A DNA stretch of 64,000 nt from contig JBAZJI010000001.1 in the NCBI GenBank assembly GCA_041651395.1, positions 315,920-379,919 on the forward strand, given 5' to 3'. This document shows positions 17,483-27,600 of this stretch, piece after piece. The notes beneath the pieces are model-generated. The model made no database searches. It worked only from the letters and a program-made list of their open reading frames with translations, and was not told the origin of the DNA. Numbering within the stretch: the first letter of the stretch is position 1; every line of letters starts with the position of its first letter. The stretch comes from Minisyncoccota bacterium (GTDB lineage Bacteria > Patescibacteriota > Minisyncoccia > Minisyncoccales > JAGOPM01). The position numbers and the translations under genes are program-made.

Positions 17483-19330
17483 ATGCGCAATCTTAAAGTG
17501 GCGATTGGACAAATTGATGTTGTTCCCGGGAATATCGCAATCAATTTGCGAAAATGCTTGGAAACCATAGAAGCCGGTAAGGCACAAGGATGTGAGCTGG
17601 TGGTTTTGCCAGAATTGGCAACCACGGGCTATCTGTTCGGCGACCATTTTGAAAACAGCCAATTCTGCGAGGATGCCAATAATGCTAATTTGGCTATTCT
17701 GGCCGCCTCGAAAGGCATTGCTGTTATTTGGGGAGGCCTAGAAACCGACTTTAGCAAAAAAGGCGAAGATGGCCGGGAAAGGAAATACAATGCGGCCTTT
17801 GCAGCCCAAAACGGTTGCTGGGTAAAAGGCGGAAATGGGAGCGGCGCAACTTATAAGTATCTGCTTCCGGATTACCGTTTTTTCAATGACAAGCGCTATG
17901 TTTATTCCAACCTCCAACTGGAGCAGTCTAAGGCAATGCGCTCGGGAGCGTTGCAAAAACCTTTCGCTTTCCAATTTTTCGGCGAAGAAGTTTTGGTTGG
18001 AGTGCTGATTTGCGAAGACATGTGGACTCAGGACTACGAATTCAAACCCCCGATCCATTTAGTGGATAAGGGCGCTAGAGTTCTGGTCAATGTTTCCATG
18101 TCACCGTTTTCTTGGCACAAGAATCAGACGCGCCATAAAGTGGTCAGTGAAATGTTGCACGATTGCCATGTGCCTTTGCTTTATTGTAACTGTGTAGGCC
18201 TGCAAAACAACTTGAAGAATTACATTGTTTTTGACGGGCGCTCCTCGGTTTACGATTGCGAGGGCAACCTAAGCTATGAGCTGCCACTCTATGAGGAAAA
18301 AATCGCCTTCATCGATTTGAAAATCGAAGGCAATCACCAAAATTCCTGCGTTGTGGCCGAGCAATACGACGACGATCGCGAGCTTTACACTTCGTTGCTC
18401 TATGCCAATAGGCGGATTTTGGAAAGGCACATGCCTAATGGCAAAGTGGTCATCGGCCTTTCGGGCGGAATCGATTCAGCTGTTTCTGCGGCCCTGATGG
18501 TAGAAGCCATCGGGAGCCAAAGGGTGGTGGGAATTAATATGCCGACAAGATTTAATTCCCGTTTGACGCGCGATTTGGCCCGGGAGCTGGCTGGAAATTT
18601 GGGCATCGAGTATAAGGTCATTCCCATTCAGGATCTCTTTGAGGAGACACTCCTGCAACTGCAAAGCGCCGGCGTCTGTTTGAGTGATTTTGACAAACAG
18701 AATGTCCAAGCTCGTCTCAGAATGCAGGTTTTAGCTTCTCTGGCGGCGCATTACAAGGGAATTTTTACCTGCAATGCCAACAAGACTGAGATTTGCTTTG
18801 GCTACTCGACTTTATATGGAGATGTGGCCGGGGCTTATGCGCCAATCGGGGATTGCTTGAAAAGGGAAGTTTATCAGCTGGCCGGATACCATAATCAGGT
18901 AAGCGAGAGAAAAATTCCCCAAGGTATTATTGAGGTGATTCCCAGTGCCGAGCTCAGCGATTCGCAAAAAATCGAAGAGGGTAAGGGTGATCCATTCAAT
19001 TACCGCTATCACGATGAGCTAGTTAGGGCCTTTATCGAATTTGGCCACGATCCGGGAAAAATTTTGCAGCGCTATGACCAGGGCAATTTGGAAAGTTTGT
19101 TGCGCTTAAACCCGGGGGAGTTGGCCGCGATATTTGCCGACCGCCAAGCCTTTGCCAGTGATTTGAGCCAAAAGTGGGCGATGTATAAAAATAATATTTT
19201 CAAACACGCCCAGTGCCCGCCGATTCCGATTATGACGCGCCGGGCTTTCGGCTTTGATTTGCGCGAATGTATTCCGCCCAACGCAATGTCTTATCGCTCG
19301 GAGCTTTTTAATCAACTCCTTGAAAAGTAA
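17483..19330 (+). CDS. nadE: Glutamine-dependent NAD+ synthetase
   Basis: ATG 17483 lies 5 nt after AAGGAGG. N-terminal CN-hydrolase domain (PELATTGY, VLICEDMW) and C-terminal NAD synthetase with the ATP-PPase motif GLSGGIDSAV. Confidence 0.9.
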   Translation: MRNLKVAIGQIDVVPGNIAINLRKCLETIEAGKAQGCELVVLPELATTGYLFGDHFENSQFCEDANNANLAILAASKGIAVIWGGLETDFSKKGEDGRERKYNAAFAAQNGCWVKGGNGSGATYKYLLPDYRFFNDKRYVYSNLQLEQSKAMRSGALQKPFAFQFFGEEVLVGVLICEDMWTQDYEFKPPIHLVDKGARVLVNVSMSPFSWHKNQTRHKVVSEMLHDCHVPLLYCNCVGLQNNLKNYIVFDGRSSVYDCEGNLSYELPLYEEKIAFIDLKIEGNHQNSCVVAEQYDDDRELYTSLLYANRRILERHMPNGKVVIGLSGGIDSAVSAALMVEAIGSQRVVGINMPTRFNSRLTRDLARELAGNLGIEYKVIPIQDLFEETLLQLQSAGVCLSDFDKQNVQARLRMQVLASLAAHYKGIFTCNANKTEICFGYSTLYGDVAGAYAPIGDCLKREVYQLAGYHNQVSERKIPQGIIEVIPSAELSDSQKIEEGKGDPFNYRYHDELVRAFIEFGHDPGKILQRYDQGNLESLLRLNPGELAAIFADRQAFASDLSQKWAMYKNNIFKHAQCPPIPIMTRRAFGFDLRECIPPNAMSYRSELFNQLLEK

Positions 19331-19336
19331 ATAATA

Positions 19337-19359
19337 CGCACCGCTTGGTGCGTTTTTTT
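19337..19359 (+). terminator. Intrinsic terminator of nadE
   Basis: CGCACC-GCTT-GGTGCG followed by TTTTTTT. Confidence 0.8.
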
Positions 19360-19397
19360 GTGCCTTGGGCGATATAAATAAGGAATAAACAAAGTAT

Positions 19398-19457
19398 TTG
19401 ACAAATATTATAAATAGTTTATAATTAAAGAATTAAAAACCTACATATAAAAGGAGG
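19398..19457 (+). promoter_or_regulatory. Promoter + SD of HD-domain gene
   Basis: TTGACA (19398), 16-nt spacer, TATAAT (19420), AAGGAGG (19451), GTG 19463. Confidence 0.6.
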
Positions 19458-19462
19458 ATTGT

Positions 19463-20209
19463 GTGAAGCAAGGGATTGATATTAAAAAAATGAAATCTCT
19501 TTGGTATCGGCTTTTTGGTGTCGACTTAAGACAACCAAACGACATTTTGGACTTATTTTTTTCGACGATCGTCAAGCAATATAGTGACCCTCGTCGGCGC
19601 TATCATGTTTTGTCCCATGTTGAGGAGGGTTTGGATTTGCTTGAAGAGTATCGCGCCTCGGCCAATAGCTATTTTCATGTTGCTTATGCTTTTTGGCTCC
19701 ATGACATTTTCTATAATCCGAAAACGTCAGACAATGAGAAAAATAGCGCATTTTTGGCCAGTGGTTGGTTGGGATTAATTTTGTCCTATATCCCGGCCGT
19801 TCGGATTATGCCCTCAAACAGCCTTGCGCAGGAAATCAGCAATAATCAAGGACTGGTGACTGACCTGATTTTGGCCACGCGCCATCAAGAACGCCAAATC
19901 GATCCTGATTGTCAGCTGATTTGCGATCTTGACCTCTATCGCTTGACCGGCGACTTCCAGAAAGAGGACATTGAGGACATCCGTTTCGAATACATGCACC
20001 TTGGTGAAAAAGAATGGGTAATTGGTCGCTTGAAATTTTTACGGGGTATTTTGGAACGAGGCTATATTTTCCAGACCCCGGAATTTATTTTGCGGTTCGA
20101 GGAAAAAGCGCGCCAAAACATCAAATCCCAAATTGTTGAATTCGAAAATAAGCTCGCCGCGCTTAATAGGCCCAAAAGCAACTTTAACCTCCTTACAATT
20201 TTCAGCTGA
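19463..20209 (+). CDS. HD-superfamily phosphohydrolase-like protein
   Basis: 248 aa. GTG start after AAGGAGG. The motifs RRYHVLSHV and FWLHDIFYNP resemble the uncharacterised HD-family group (COG4339-like). Confidence 0.5.
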   Translation: MKQGIDIKKMKSLWYRLFGVDLRQPNDILDLFFSTIVKQYSDPRRRYHVLSHVEEGLDLLEEYRASANSYFHVAYAFWLHDIFYNPKTSDNEKNSAFLASGWLGLILSYIPAVRIMPSNSLAQEISNNQGLVTDLILATRHQERQIDPDCQLICDLDLYRLTGDFQKEDIEDIRFEYMHLGEKEWVIGRLKFLRGILERGYIFQTPEFILRFEEKARQNIKSQIVEFENKLAALNRPKSNFNLLTIFS

Positions 20210-20214
20210 ACAAA

Positions 20215-20243
20215 CCCAGACAGAACCTGTCTGGGTCTTTTTT
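20215..20243 (+). terminator. Intrinsic terminator of HD-domain gene
   Basis: CCCAGACAG-AAC-CTGTCTGGG followed by TCTTTTTT. Confidence 0.8.
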
Positions 20244-20330
20244 AATTTTCCACAGGCAAAAATGTATTAAATTTGTCGAGCGCAGAGTATAATTAGGCAA
20301 GCAAGGCTGTTTGCGTGGCCGTTGCTTTTT

Positions 20331-21113
20331 ATGGAGTATAAGAGGTTGTTATACATAATTTTCATATTATTCATATCGCTGACTAGCGTGCATATTTTGG
20401 TGGAGGCGGCTACTTCCGATGCTTATAAAAGCAGCCAGGATAATGCCGGGCCCATGCCTTTTAATGCTTCGACGAGTAATTATAATTTTAAGGCAGTCGT
20501 CGGGGAGCCGGGTTCGGGTATCTCTACCTCGACTAATTATATTTATGAGCACGGCGTGTTCTGGGATCAGGAGCAGGCCAGCACCACTTGCACTATAAAA
20601 TGGGCTACGCCTGAGGGCCGTAGTGGCACAGCCGAAACCAATGACCATGTTACTTTTTATTTAATTGTTAAGGGTGGCGGTAGTACGGTTTTAATTACGC
20701 CCTTGGCCACTACTTCGCATGCGGGCACAACCAGTGAGCAAATTGATTTATCTATTTTGGGTCCGGGCTCTTACGATATCGGGATAAAAACCAACCAACA
20801 CATCACCAAAATGTTGCGGGGAGTCGCTATTGCTACCGGGACAAATGTTTTGAATTTTACCCAAGCCAATAATAGTTCACCTAAGGGCAGCGTGCGGCTT
20901 TTGGCCGGTGATGTGAACGGTGCCGGCAATACCACCTCTACATTGGGAGATGATGTGGTAAATTCCGTGGACGCTTCATTGATTATTTCCCAACTCGATC
21001 AGACCGACCCTACCAATGATACTTACCGGGGGAATTTGAATTTTGATTCGGTTGTCAATGCGGTAGATTTGTCGCTTTTGATAAAAAATTTAGATGTGCA
21101 CGGAGATCAGTAA
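20331..21113 (+). CDS. Secreted protein with C-terminal dockerin-like repeats
   Basis: ATG 20331 gives a signal/anchor sequence. The C-terminus carries two Ca-loop/helix repeats: GDVNGAGN..DDVVNSVDASLIISQL and GNLNFDSVVNAVDLSLLIKNL. Confidence 0.55.
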   Translation: MEYKRLLYIIFILFISLTSVHILVEAATSDAYKSSQDNAGPMPFNASTSNYNFKAVVGEPGSGISTSTNYIYEHGVFWDQEQASTTCTIKWATPEGRSGTAETNDHVTFYLIVKGGGSTVLITPLATTSHAGTTSEQIDLSILGPGSYDIGIKTNQHITKMLRGVAIATGTNVLNFTQANNSSPKGSVRLLAGDVNGAGNTTSTLGDDVVNSVDASLIISQLDQTDPTNDTYRGNLNFDSVVNAVDLSLLIKNLDVHGDQ

Positions 21114-21176
21114 AGAAAATCCTGAATTTTAATTCCAAAGAATTAAGTCCGAAAGAAATAAAAAAGAAATCAAAAT

Positions 21177-23534
21177 ATGAAAGCGCAGAATATAATTTCA
21201 TATTTCTTCATCGCCGCACTTTTGTTGTGCTTTGGCCTGACGGCCGTGGCGGCAGCGCCCAGCGGCAACCATTGGTTTCAAATAATTGCCCAAACCTATA
21301 CCGGCAGTGATGCTACCGGAGATGGCGGCACAGGCGATGCTTCGGATTTTAATTACTATTATGTTGGCCAAACTTTCCGCGGGACAGTGCAAATAAAGTC
21401 CACCGGCACTACGGCTGCTAATATCAAATTAACTTATCCGACTGCTTACCTGACGATTTCCAATTTGCTTGCCGGCTCCTATTTTACCGAATATCCTTCC
21501 ACCGGGCAGGCTACTTCCAGCGGCATTGTCCGTTTAACCGGAACCAGAATGTCTGGTGTTTCTTCGGCTACCGGAACATTTGGTTATATTGATTTTGTAA
21601 TGGGCACATCTTCGGCCTGTAATTATTCCACGACTAGTTACCAAACACTTTCTTTTACGACGAGCACCAACGGTTTAGGTGATGTTTCCAGTATTGCTTA
21701 TCAGGGTATTAATTATTTGGATAGTAAAGAAGATTTTAATTTTCACATTTGGGCGGATTTGAAAAATCCTTTCGCCACCGGGACTAATATAACCAACGCT
21801 TCAACTGGCGTGCCTGTCGACCTTAATTACATTTTTGCCTTACGCGATACCAAGAATGGTTCGAGCAGCAATACTGGAGTTGGCACGGGCATTAATACGG
21901 CCGCCGGCGGCCGAACTTTGACTTTTAATGACGGCACAGGGGCAACGAGCTACTTGGCTTATACTTCATATAGCTGTTCTGGCACTTGGAACACTAATTG
22001 CACCACGACCGTGAACCCGGATAGCCCATTGGCTATTACCGGAGATACGCGTAATTGGAAGTATAATACTTCCTATACTATTAATGTTTCCGGATACGCT
22101 GACCGGGCTTCGACGGCGCAAGCTAATACCTCTTGCCCGGGAGAGGCTAATGGCCCCAATAGTATGGATGCCTCCACTTGGACTTTTACCACCGAGTCTG
22201 ACACCATTGCCCCCAGTGTTTCTTCGACTTCGCCTGCCGCCGGAGCTTCGGGCGTGGCCACAACATCTAATGTGGTTGTAGAAATAATTGATATTAAAGC
22301 GGCTAACATTTCCGGTGAGGGTGTTTCTTCCACCAGCTGTCAAATAGATTTGAATGTTCCTTCTTGGGGCGGCACTTGGGTGAGCTTCGATTCCGCCACT
22401 TCAACTGTTACGGTTACGCCCATCAATTATGGTTATCGTTACACTATTGATCCTTCCAGTAATTTCGCACAAAACGAAACTGTCTCCGCCAGAATCCGTA
22501 ATTGCTATGATTTGGCCAATAATGTGAGTTCTACTGATCCGCTCCTTTCTTGGACATTTGCCACGGCCGATAATGACCCGCCTTATGTCACGCCCGTTAA
22601 CCCGGTTGATAAACAGTCGATCGTGGATACTGCGGCTATAGTTTTTAACTTGCGCGATTTGGGCGTGGGCGTGAGCTTGGCCAATACTTTCATTTATGTC
22701 GATGGTTTATGGTGGTCTAATGCCGGTGGTTCGGGCACGATTGCTACCAGTGGAGCTAATATTGCCTTTGCCACGAGCAATAATTTCAACGGAGGGAATT
22801 ATGCCGGCGACACTTCAGGGATTTCCGCTATTGCTAATGGCTATACTTTTACCCTAAAAAAACAAGGGGCTTTTACCACAGGCTCAATACCCATTGAGGT
22901 ATTTTCCCGCGATACTTCCAATAATTTAATGCATCGTTATTTGTATGGGGCGGTAGCGGGCACAGCGACTTGCGCGTCGAGCACCTGTTATGATAATAAT
23001 TGCTGCTCTAGCGGCACGACTTGGAATGGTTTGACTTGCACGGCCACTTTAGGCAGTGCTTATTGCGGTTCTAATACCTCCTGGAACGGTAGTCTTTGTA
23101 TTGGCTCTGCTTCAAGTGGAGGAATGAGTGCGGGCGGTGGCGGTGGCTTGCCGGGCAAGGATTATTGCGGTTCCAATACGCGATGGGATGGCCGTAAATG
23201 TATTGCTTCGAGCACGGCCGCAGTGGCTAAGTGTATACCCACCACCCAAACAAAGTTTATCGAAATTCCCAAAGAAATTACCAAATACATTTCGATCCCG
23301 AAAATCGAATATCGTTTCGTCGAGAGAGCTGCTGAAGAGCAAAAAGTGGAGCCGATAAACCGTAAGCTTTTAGAAAATCTTTTAGCTATTTTAAGCGTGG
23401 CCGATCGGGCGCCGCAGGATGGTAAGGACGATTTACAGGACATCAAAATCGTGGAAATTCCTCAAGTTGGAGAAACTATCAGAGTAACCGGTAGGGCGCA
23501 GCCCGGACAAAAATTGAAAATAATTGTCAAATAA
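21177..23534 (+). CDS. Secreted multidomain protein: cohesin-like N-domain, SbsA-type Ig-like domains, Cys-motif repeats; C-terminal Ig domain truncated by stop
   Basis: 785 aa with a signal peptide. Ig-like segments begin DTIAPSVSSTSPAAGASGV and DNDPPYVTPVNPVD. The motif C-x-S-N-T-x-W-(N/D)-G-x-x-C occurs three times. The ORF ends inside an Ig-like domain (see findings). Confidence 0.55.
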   Translation: MKAQNIISYFFIAALLLCFGLTAVAAAPSGNHWFQIIAQTYTGSDATGDGGTGDASDFNYYYVGQTFRGTVQIKSTGTTAANIKLTYPTAYLTISNLLAGSYFTEYPSTGQATSSGIVRLTGTRMSGVSSATGTFGYIDFVMGTSSACNYSTTSYQTLSFTTSTNGLGDVSSIAYQGINYLDSKEDFNFHIWADLKNPFATGTNITNASTGVPVDLNYIFALRDTKNGSSSNTGVGTGINTAAGGRTLTFNDGTGATSYLAYTSYSCSGTWNTNCTTTVNPDSPLAITGDTRNWKYNTSYTINVSGYADRASTAQANTSCPGEANGPNSMDASTWTFTTESDTIAPSVSSTSPAAGASGVATTSNVVVEIIDIKAANISGEGVSSTSCQIDLNVPSWGGTWVSFDSATSTVTVTPINYGYRYTIDPSSNFAQNETVSARIRNCYDLANNVSSTDPLLSWTFATADNDPPYVTPVNPVDKQSIVDTAAIVFNLRDLGVGVSLANTFIYVDGLWWSNAGGSGTIATSGANIAFATSNNFNGGNYAGDTSGISAIANGYTFTLKKQGAFTTGSIPIEVFSRDTSNNLMHRYLYGAVAGTATCASSTCYDNNCCSSGTTWNGLTCTATLGSAYCGSNTSWNGSLCIGSASSGGMSAGGGGGLPGKDYCGSNTRWDGRKCIASSTAAVAKCIPTTQTKFIEIPKEITKYISIPKIEYRFVERAAEEQKVEPINRKLLENLLAILSVADRAPQDGKDDLQDIKIVEIPQVGETIRVTGRAQPGQKLKIIVK

Positions 23535-23535
23535 T

Positions 23536-24582
23536 ATGGCTGAACCGCAAATATACGAAGTAACAGCCGACCAAAATGGTAACTGGGAAGTAAATCTCCC
23601 TAATACTTTTGGCAATGGGGTACATGCCGTGACCGCTATTGATCAGGATGGTAATAAGGATGCAGTCGTGGTGGATATTAAGGGCGAACCGGAAACCAAA
23701 ACTGTGGTACAGGAAAAAATCGTTACGCAGGAAGTAGTTAAGGAAATTATGCCACAAGGTTTGTTTCTTTGGGTAACGCTGCTTTATTTAACGGCTATGC
23801 TGGTATCTTTGGGAATGATTTATTTTTCCCGCAAAGCCAAAGAACAGGACGGCAGCCAATCCAAAGCCAAAGGTGTGGGGTTGGTTTTCGGGGTTTTGGT
23901 TATGATTTTGGCGACTGTACTTTATATTTATGCTTCTTATTCTTTTGGCTTAATAAAAAGCTTGGCCCTGAAAGACAATATAATGCAGGCCTCACTGGTT
24001 TCTTTGGCACGCCAAGCTAAAGAAGATGTCCGGCATATAAACATAGAAGGTATTGTCACGGATCCGACTACTAAGCAAGGTTTGGAAGGGGTAAGCATTT
24101 CTGCGGGCTCAACCGTTGTTAAAACACCTAAGGGCGGTGAGTTTGCTTTGGGCTCTATAGTGGAAGGCGAGGGTGTCAAAATCGATTACCCGGTTTTAAG
24201 CCGACCCTTGCGCTATAAAGCCAAAGAAGGTAAGCAGGAAATTATTTTTGACCCCATGCTTTATAATGCAGCTATCAAAGTGACTGATTTGGAAGCGCAC
24301 AATAAGGTAGATGGCATATATTTGGAAATGCTCTCCACGGCCAATCAGCAGAAATTATCATTGGATGAATTTGTTAAGAATTATCAAAAGGGTTTTAATA
24401 AGCTCAATGAAGTAATGCCGGAATTGATTGTTTTGGATGCGAATGTGCATAGCCCATGGAGTTCGCCCCAATATGCGGTGCAATACCCGATGGTTGTGGA
24501 ATTAAAATTAGGAAACGGTCAGGGCGGGGAAAGTAATTATTTTTTTGCTCTCGAGGAAGGGATGTGGAAGTTAGTTCAGTAA
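23536..24582 (+). CDS. Membrane protein carrying the second half of the split Ig-like domain, two TM helices and a CarboxypepD_reg-like domain
   Basis: ATG 23536 follows the upstream stop after a 1-nt gap, in the +1 frame. N-terminus YEVTADQNGNWEVNLP..GVHAVTAIDQDGNKD, then two TM helices, then IEGIVTDPTTKQGLEGVSISAG. It may be the 3' part of a frameshifted single gene. Confidence 0.5.
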   Translation: MAEPQIYEVTADQNGNWEVNLPNTFGNGVHAVTAIDQDGNKDAVVVDIKGEPETKTVVQEKIVTQEVVKEIMPQGLFLWVTLLYLTAMLVSLGMIYFSRKAKEQDGSQSKAKGVGLVFGVLVMILATVLYIYASYSFGLIKSLALKDNIMQASLVSLARQAKEDVRHINIEGIVTDPTTKQGLEGVSISAGSTVVKTPKGGEFALGSIVEGEGVKIDYPVLSRPLRYKAKEGKQEIIFDPMLYNAAIKVTDLEAHNKVDGIYLEMLSTANQQKLSLDEFVKNYQKGFNKLNEVMPELIVLDANVHSPWSSPQYAVQYPMVVELKLGNGQGGESNYFFALEEGMWKLVQ

Positions 24583-24604
24583 TTACCATTAAATTTTCAA
24601 AAAG

Positions 24605-27600
24605 ATGCCTAAAAACATCAAACAATTGTCAGTTAAAATAATTATCGCGACGTTTGGCATGGCGCTTTTGGCAGTCACGGCTTGGGCGGCAACACCGTCT
24701 TTCATGAATTACCATTCGCGGCTACGTGATGCTTCGGGTTTCCCGATTTCGGCGAGCACTTCTATCCGTTTTACGATTTATAATGACGCCACCAACGGCA
24801 ATGGTAATACGCAGGCAACTTCAGCCGGCGGGCCGGTATTATGGAGCGAGCTTTACGATCAAGGCCTTGGTAATTGCGCCCAAGTCCAACCTGATGACCG
24901 CGGTTACTTTACGGCTAAACTCGGTTCTTGCATACCATTCCCTCCAAATTTGGATTTTACTACCAGCACACTTTATTTAGGTGTAACTATCGGCACGGAT
25001 TTATCCAGCAATACCGAGGCTAGCCCGCGGGTGCAATTTGGGGCCGCCCCTTATGCTTTTAATGCCAAGCGCGTTGGTAATTTTTATGACAGTGGTGCAA
25101 ATTCTCTTGTTGGGGAAGCTTTGGGCACGGCCACGGCCGGGAGCAATTTTAATTCAGCTTCATTTTTACTCAATGGTTCGGCATGGACTGGGAGTGCTGC
25201 TACTTCGGTTTCCATGGTTTTGCAAAATATTGTTACTAGCCAAACAGTTTACAAATTGCAAGTCGCCAATGCCTCTGGCGCGGAATTATTTTCTATAAAT
25301 CAATCCGGTGTGGCTTCAACAACGCAATTAGTTGTGGCTCAAGCTATGCAGTTTACCAGCACAACACCAACCATTACTTTGGGAAGTAACGATTCTGCCG
25401 GTATTCTGACAGTTAAAGATAGCGCGGCCACCCCTAATACATTAATGGCACTTTCCGATTCGGGCACGGCAGGGCTTTTGACCGTGGGCACGGTTTCGAC
25501 CACCCAGTTTGTTTTAGGAGTCGATTCCATAACTGATTTGACCGGCGCCGGTCTTAAAGTAGTCGCCAATGCTTTGCGTGCGGAAATTAATTTGTCTACC
25601 GATCAGGTAACTAGCACTTTAGGAATTGATAATGGTGGCACCAATGCCACTTCCGGGCAGCTGACCGCCAATCAAATAATTGTTTTTGACGGCACACGAA
25701 TGATTACCACCGGGTATCGGGTTGTGGATTTTATGTCGAGCAGTTCGGTTACTACCAGCCAATTTACCGTGCTTGGCGATACTTATCTGGCTACCACTAC
25801 CATCTCGACAACTTTGACTGTGCAGGGCAATACTTATTTGGCCACCACTAGCTTAACCTTTCTTAATGCCAGCACGGTTAATGCGGCAAACGCATCTTTT
25901 ACCAATGCTACCTCAGGCAATTTGTATGTTTATAATTCAACGGCCGGCAATTCTACTACCACTAATTTATATGTGAGTAATTCGGCAACATTCAACACTA
26001 CAACCTTTAATGGCCCGGTTACAATGGCCACTACCACCGTTAGCCTCCTTAACGCCTCAAGCTCATTTTTTACCAATGCCACAGCTACCAATTTTTACGC
26101 AAGTAATTTTACCGCCTCAACGGGAACTTTTACCGGGCATTTATCTTTTACCACCGCTTCGGGCACGGCCTTGACTTTGACGAGTAATTTATGGACCGGG
26201 GGAATGCTTCAGGTTACCGGCACATCCACGTTGGCAACAACTACCATTGCGGCACTTACGGTTTCGGGCACCTCCACTCTGGGGGCAACAGTACTTTCCG
26301 GCTTTACTGCGGGATCGGCTTTGTTCGTTGGGGCTAATAGCCAGATCGCTCAAGATAATTCCAATTTTTATTGGGACGATACCAATAATCGTTTAGGTTT
26401 GGGCACCTCCACACCGGCCCAACGTTTGACAATCAATGGCGGAAACATTTTCCAATATTCGACCGGAACAATTTCCAAAATCAGTTCCTCTTCGGCTAAT
26501 TACGCCAACGGGCTTTCACTAAGCGGGAAGATTTTGGCAGTTTCCGATAATGATAGCGGGGCAGGCAACGCTCACTTAGATTTTTACGATATTTCTGATC
26601 GCGCCAATATGTCTTTGCTAAGCACTTATACATCCGTTCAGACTTCCGATTACATGGAGGAGGTTTTTATTGCCAGCAATTTCGCTTATACAGCTGCCTC
26701 TTCAGGAATGCACATTATTGATATTTCCAATCCCAAAGCGCCAGTTTTGGCTGGATTTTATGCTACACCCTCCACAACTAAAAGCATTTATGTTTCCGGT
26801 AAATATGCCTATTTAGGAGTTTCAAAAGGCACGGGCGTTGGTGGGCTTTATGTAATTGATATTTCTTCTTCCACTAATCCGGTTTTGACGGGAAATGTCG
26901 CAGTTAATACTGGCAGTAACCATGTTTTTGATATCGTTGTGCGCGGCAAGTATGCCTATTTGGCAGCCGATGGTGATGGATTAAAGATTGTTGATATTTC
27001 CAACCCGGCAAGTCCGGCGGTGGTTGGGACATATTATTCTGCCGGTCCCACTAATCCTTCGGGCTATGCTGCGGGAGTTTATGTTTCTGGTAAATATGCC
27101 TATTTAGCCGATCTTTCAGATGGATTAGATAATGGTGGAATGAAAATTATTGATATTTCCGATCCGACAAGTCCAACTCTTGCTGCCAATTATGATTTAG
27201 GTGCGCGTTCGGTCAATAATATTATTGTTAACGGGCGATACGCTTATTTGTCAATTTATAATTTTACGAACGGTGAATTGCAAATCGTGGATATTGCGAG
27301 CTCTACTGCACCATTTTTAACATCTAAATATGCCGATAATTTGATTTATGATGTTGCACTTTCGGGCAAAACGGCATTTGTGGCTGACTGGACTGGAGGA
27401 GTAGTGGCGCTCGATATCAGCGGTGCTGATTTGCCGACTCTCAACGCGGGCAATATCGAAACTAGTTTTGCCAACATCACGGAAAATGCCGTGGTGGCCA
27501 ATTCTTTGTATGTGGGCAGCGGTTTGACCGTGGGCCCTTCGGGCATCAAATCAGGTGGTGGTTTGGCTTTTGATTCTACAAGTTCTGCATCGTATTTTGC

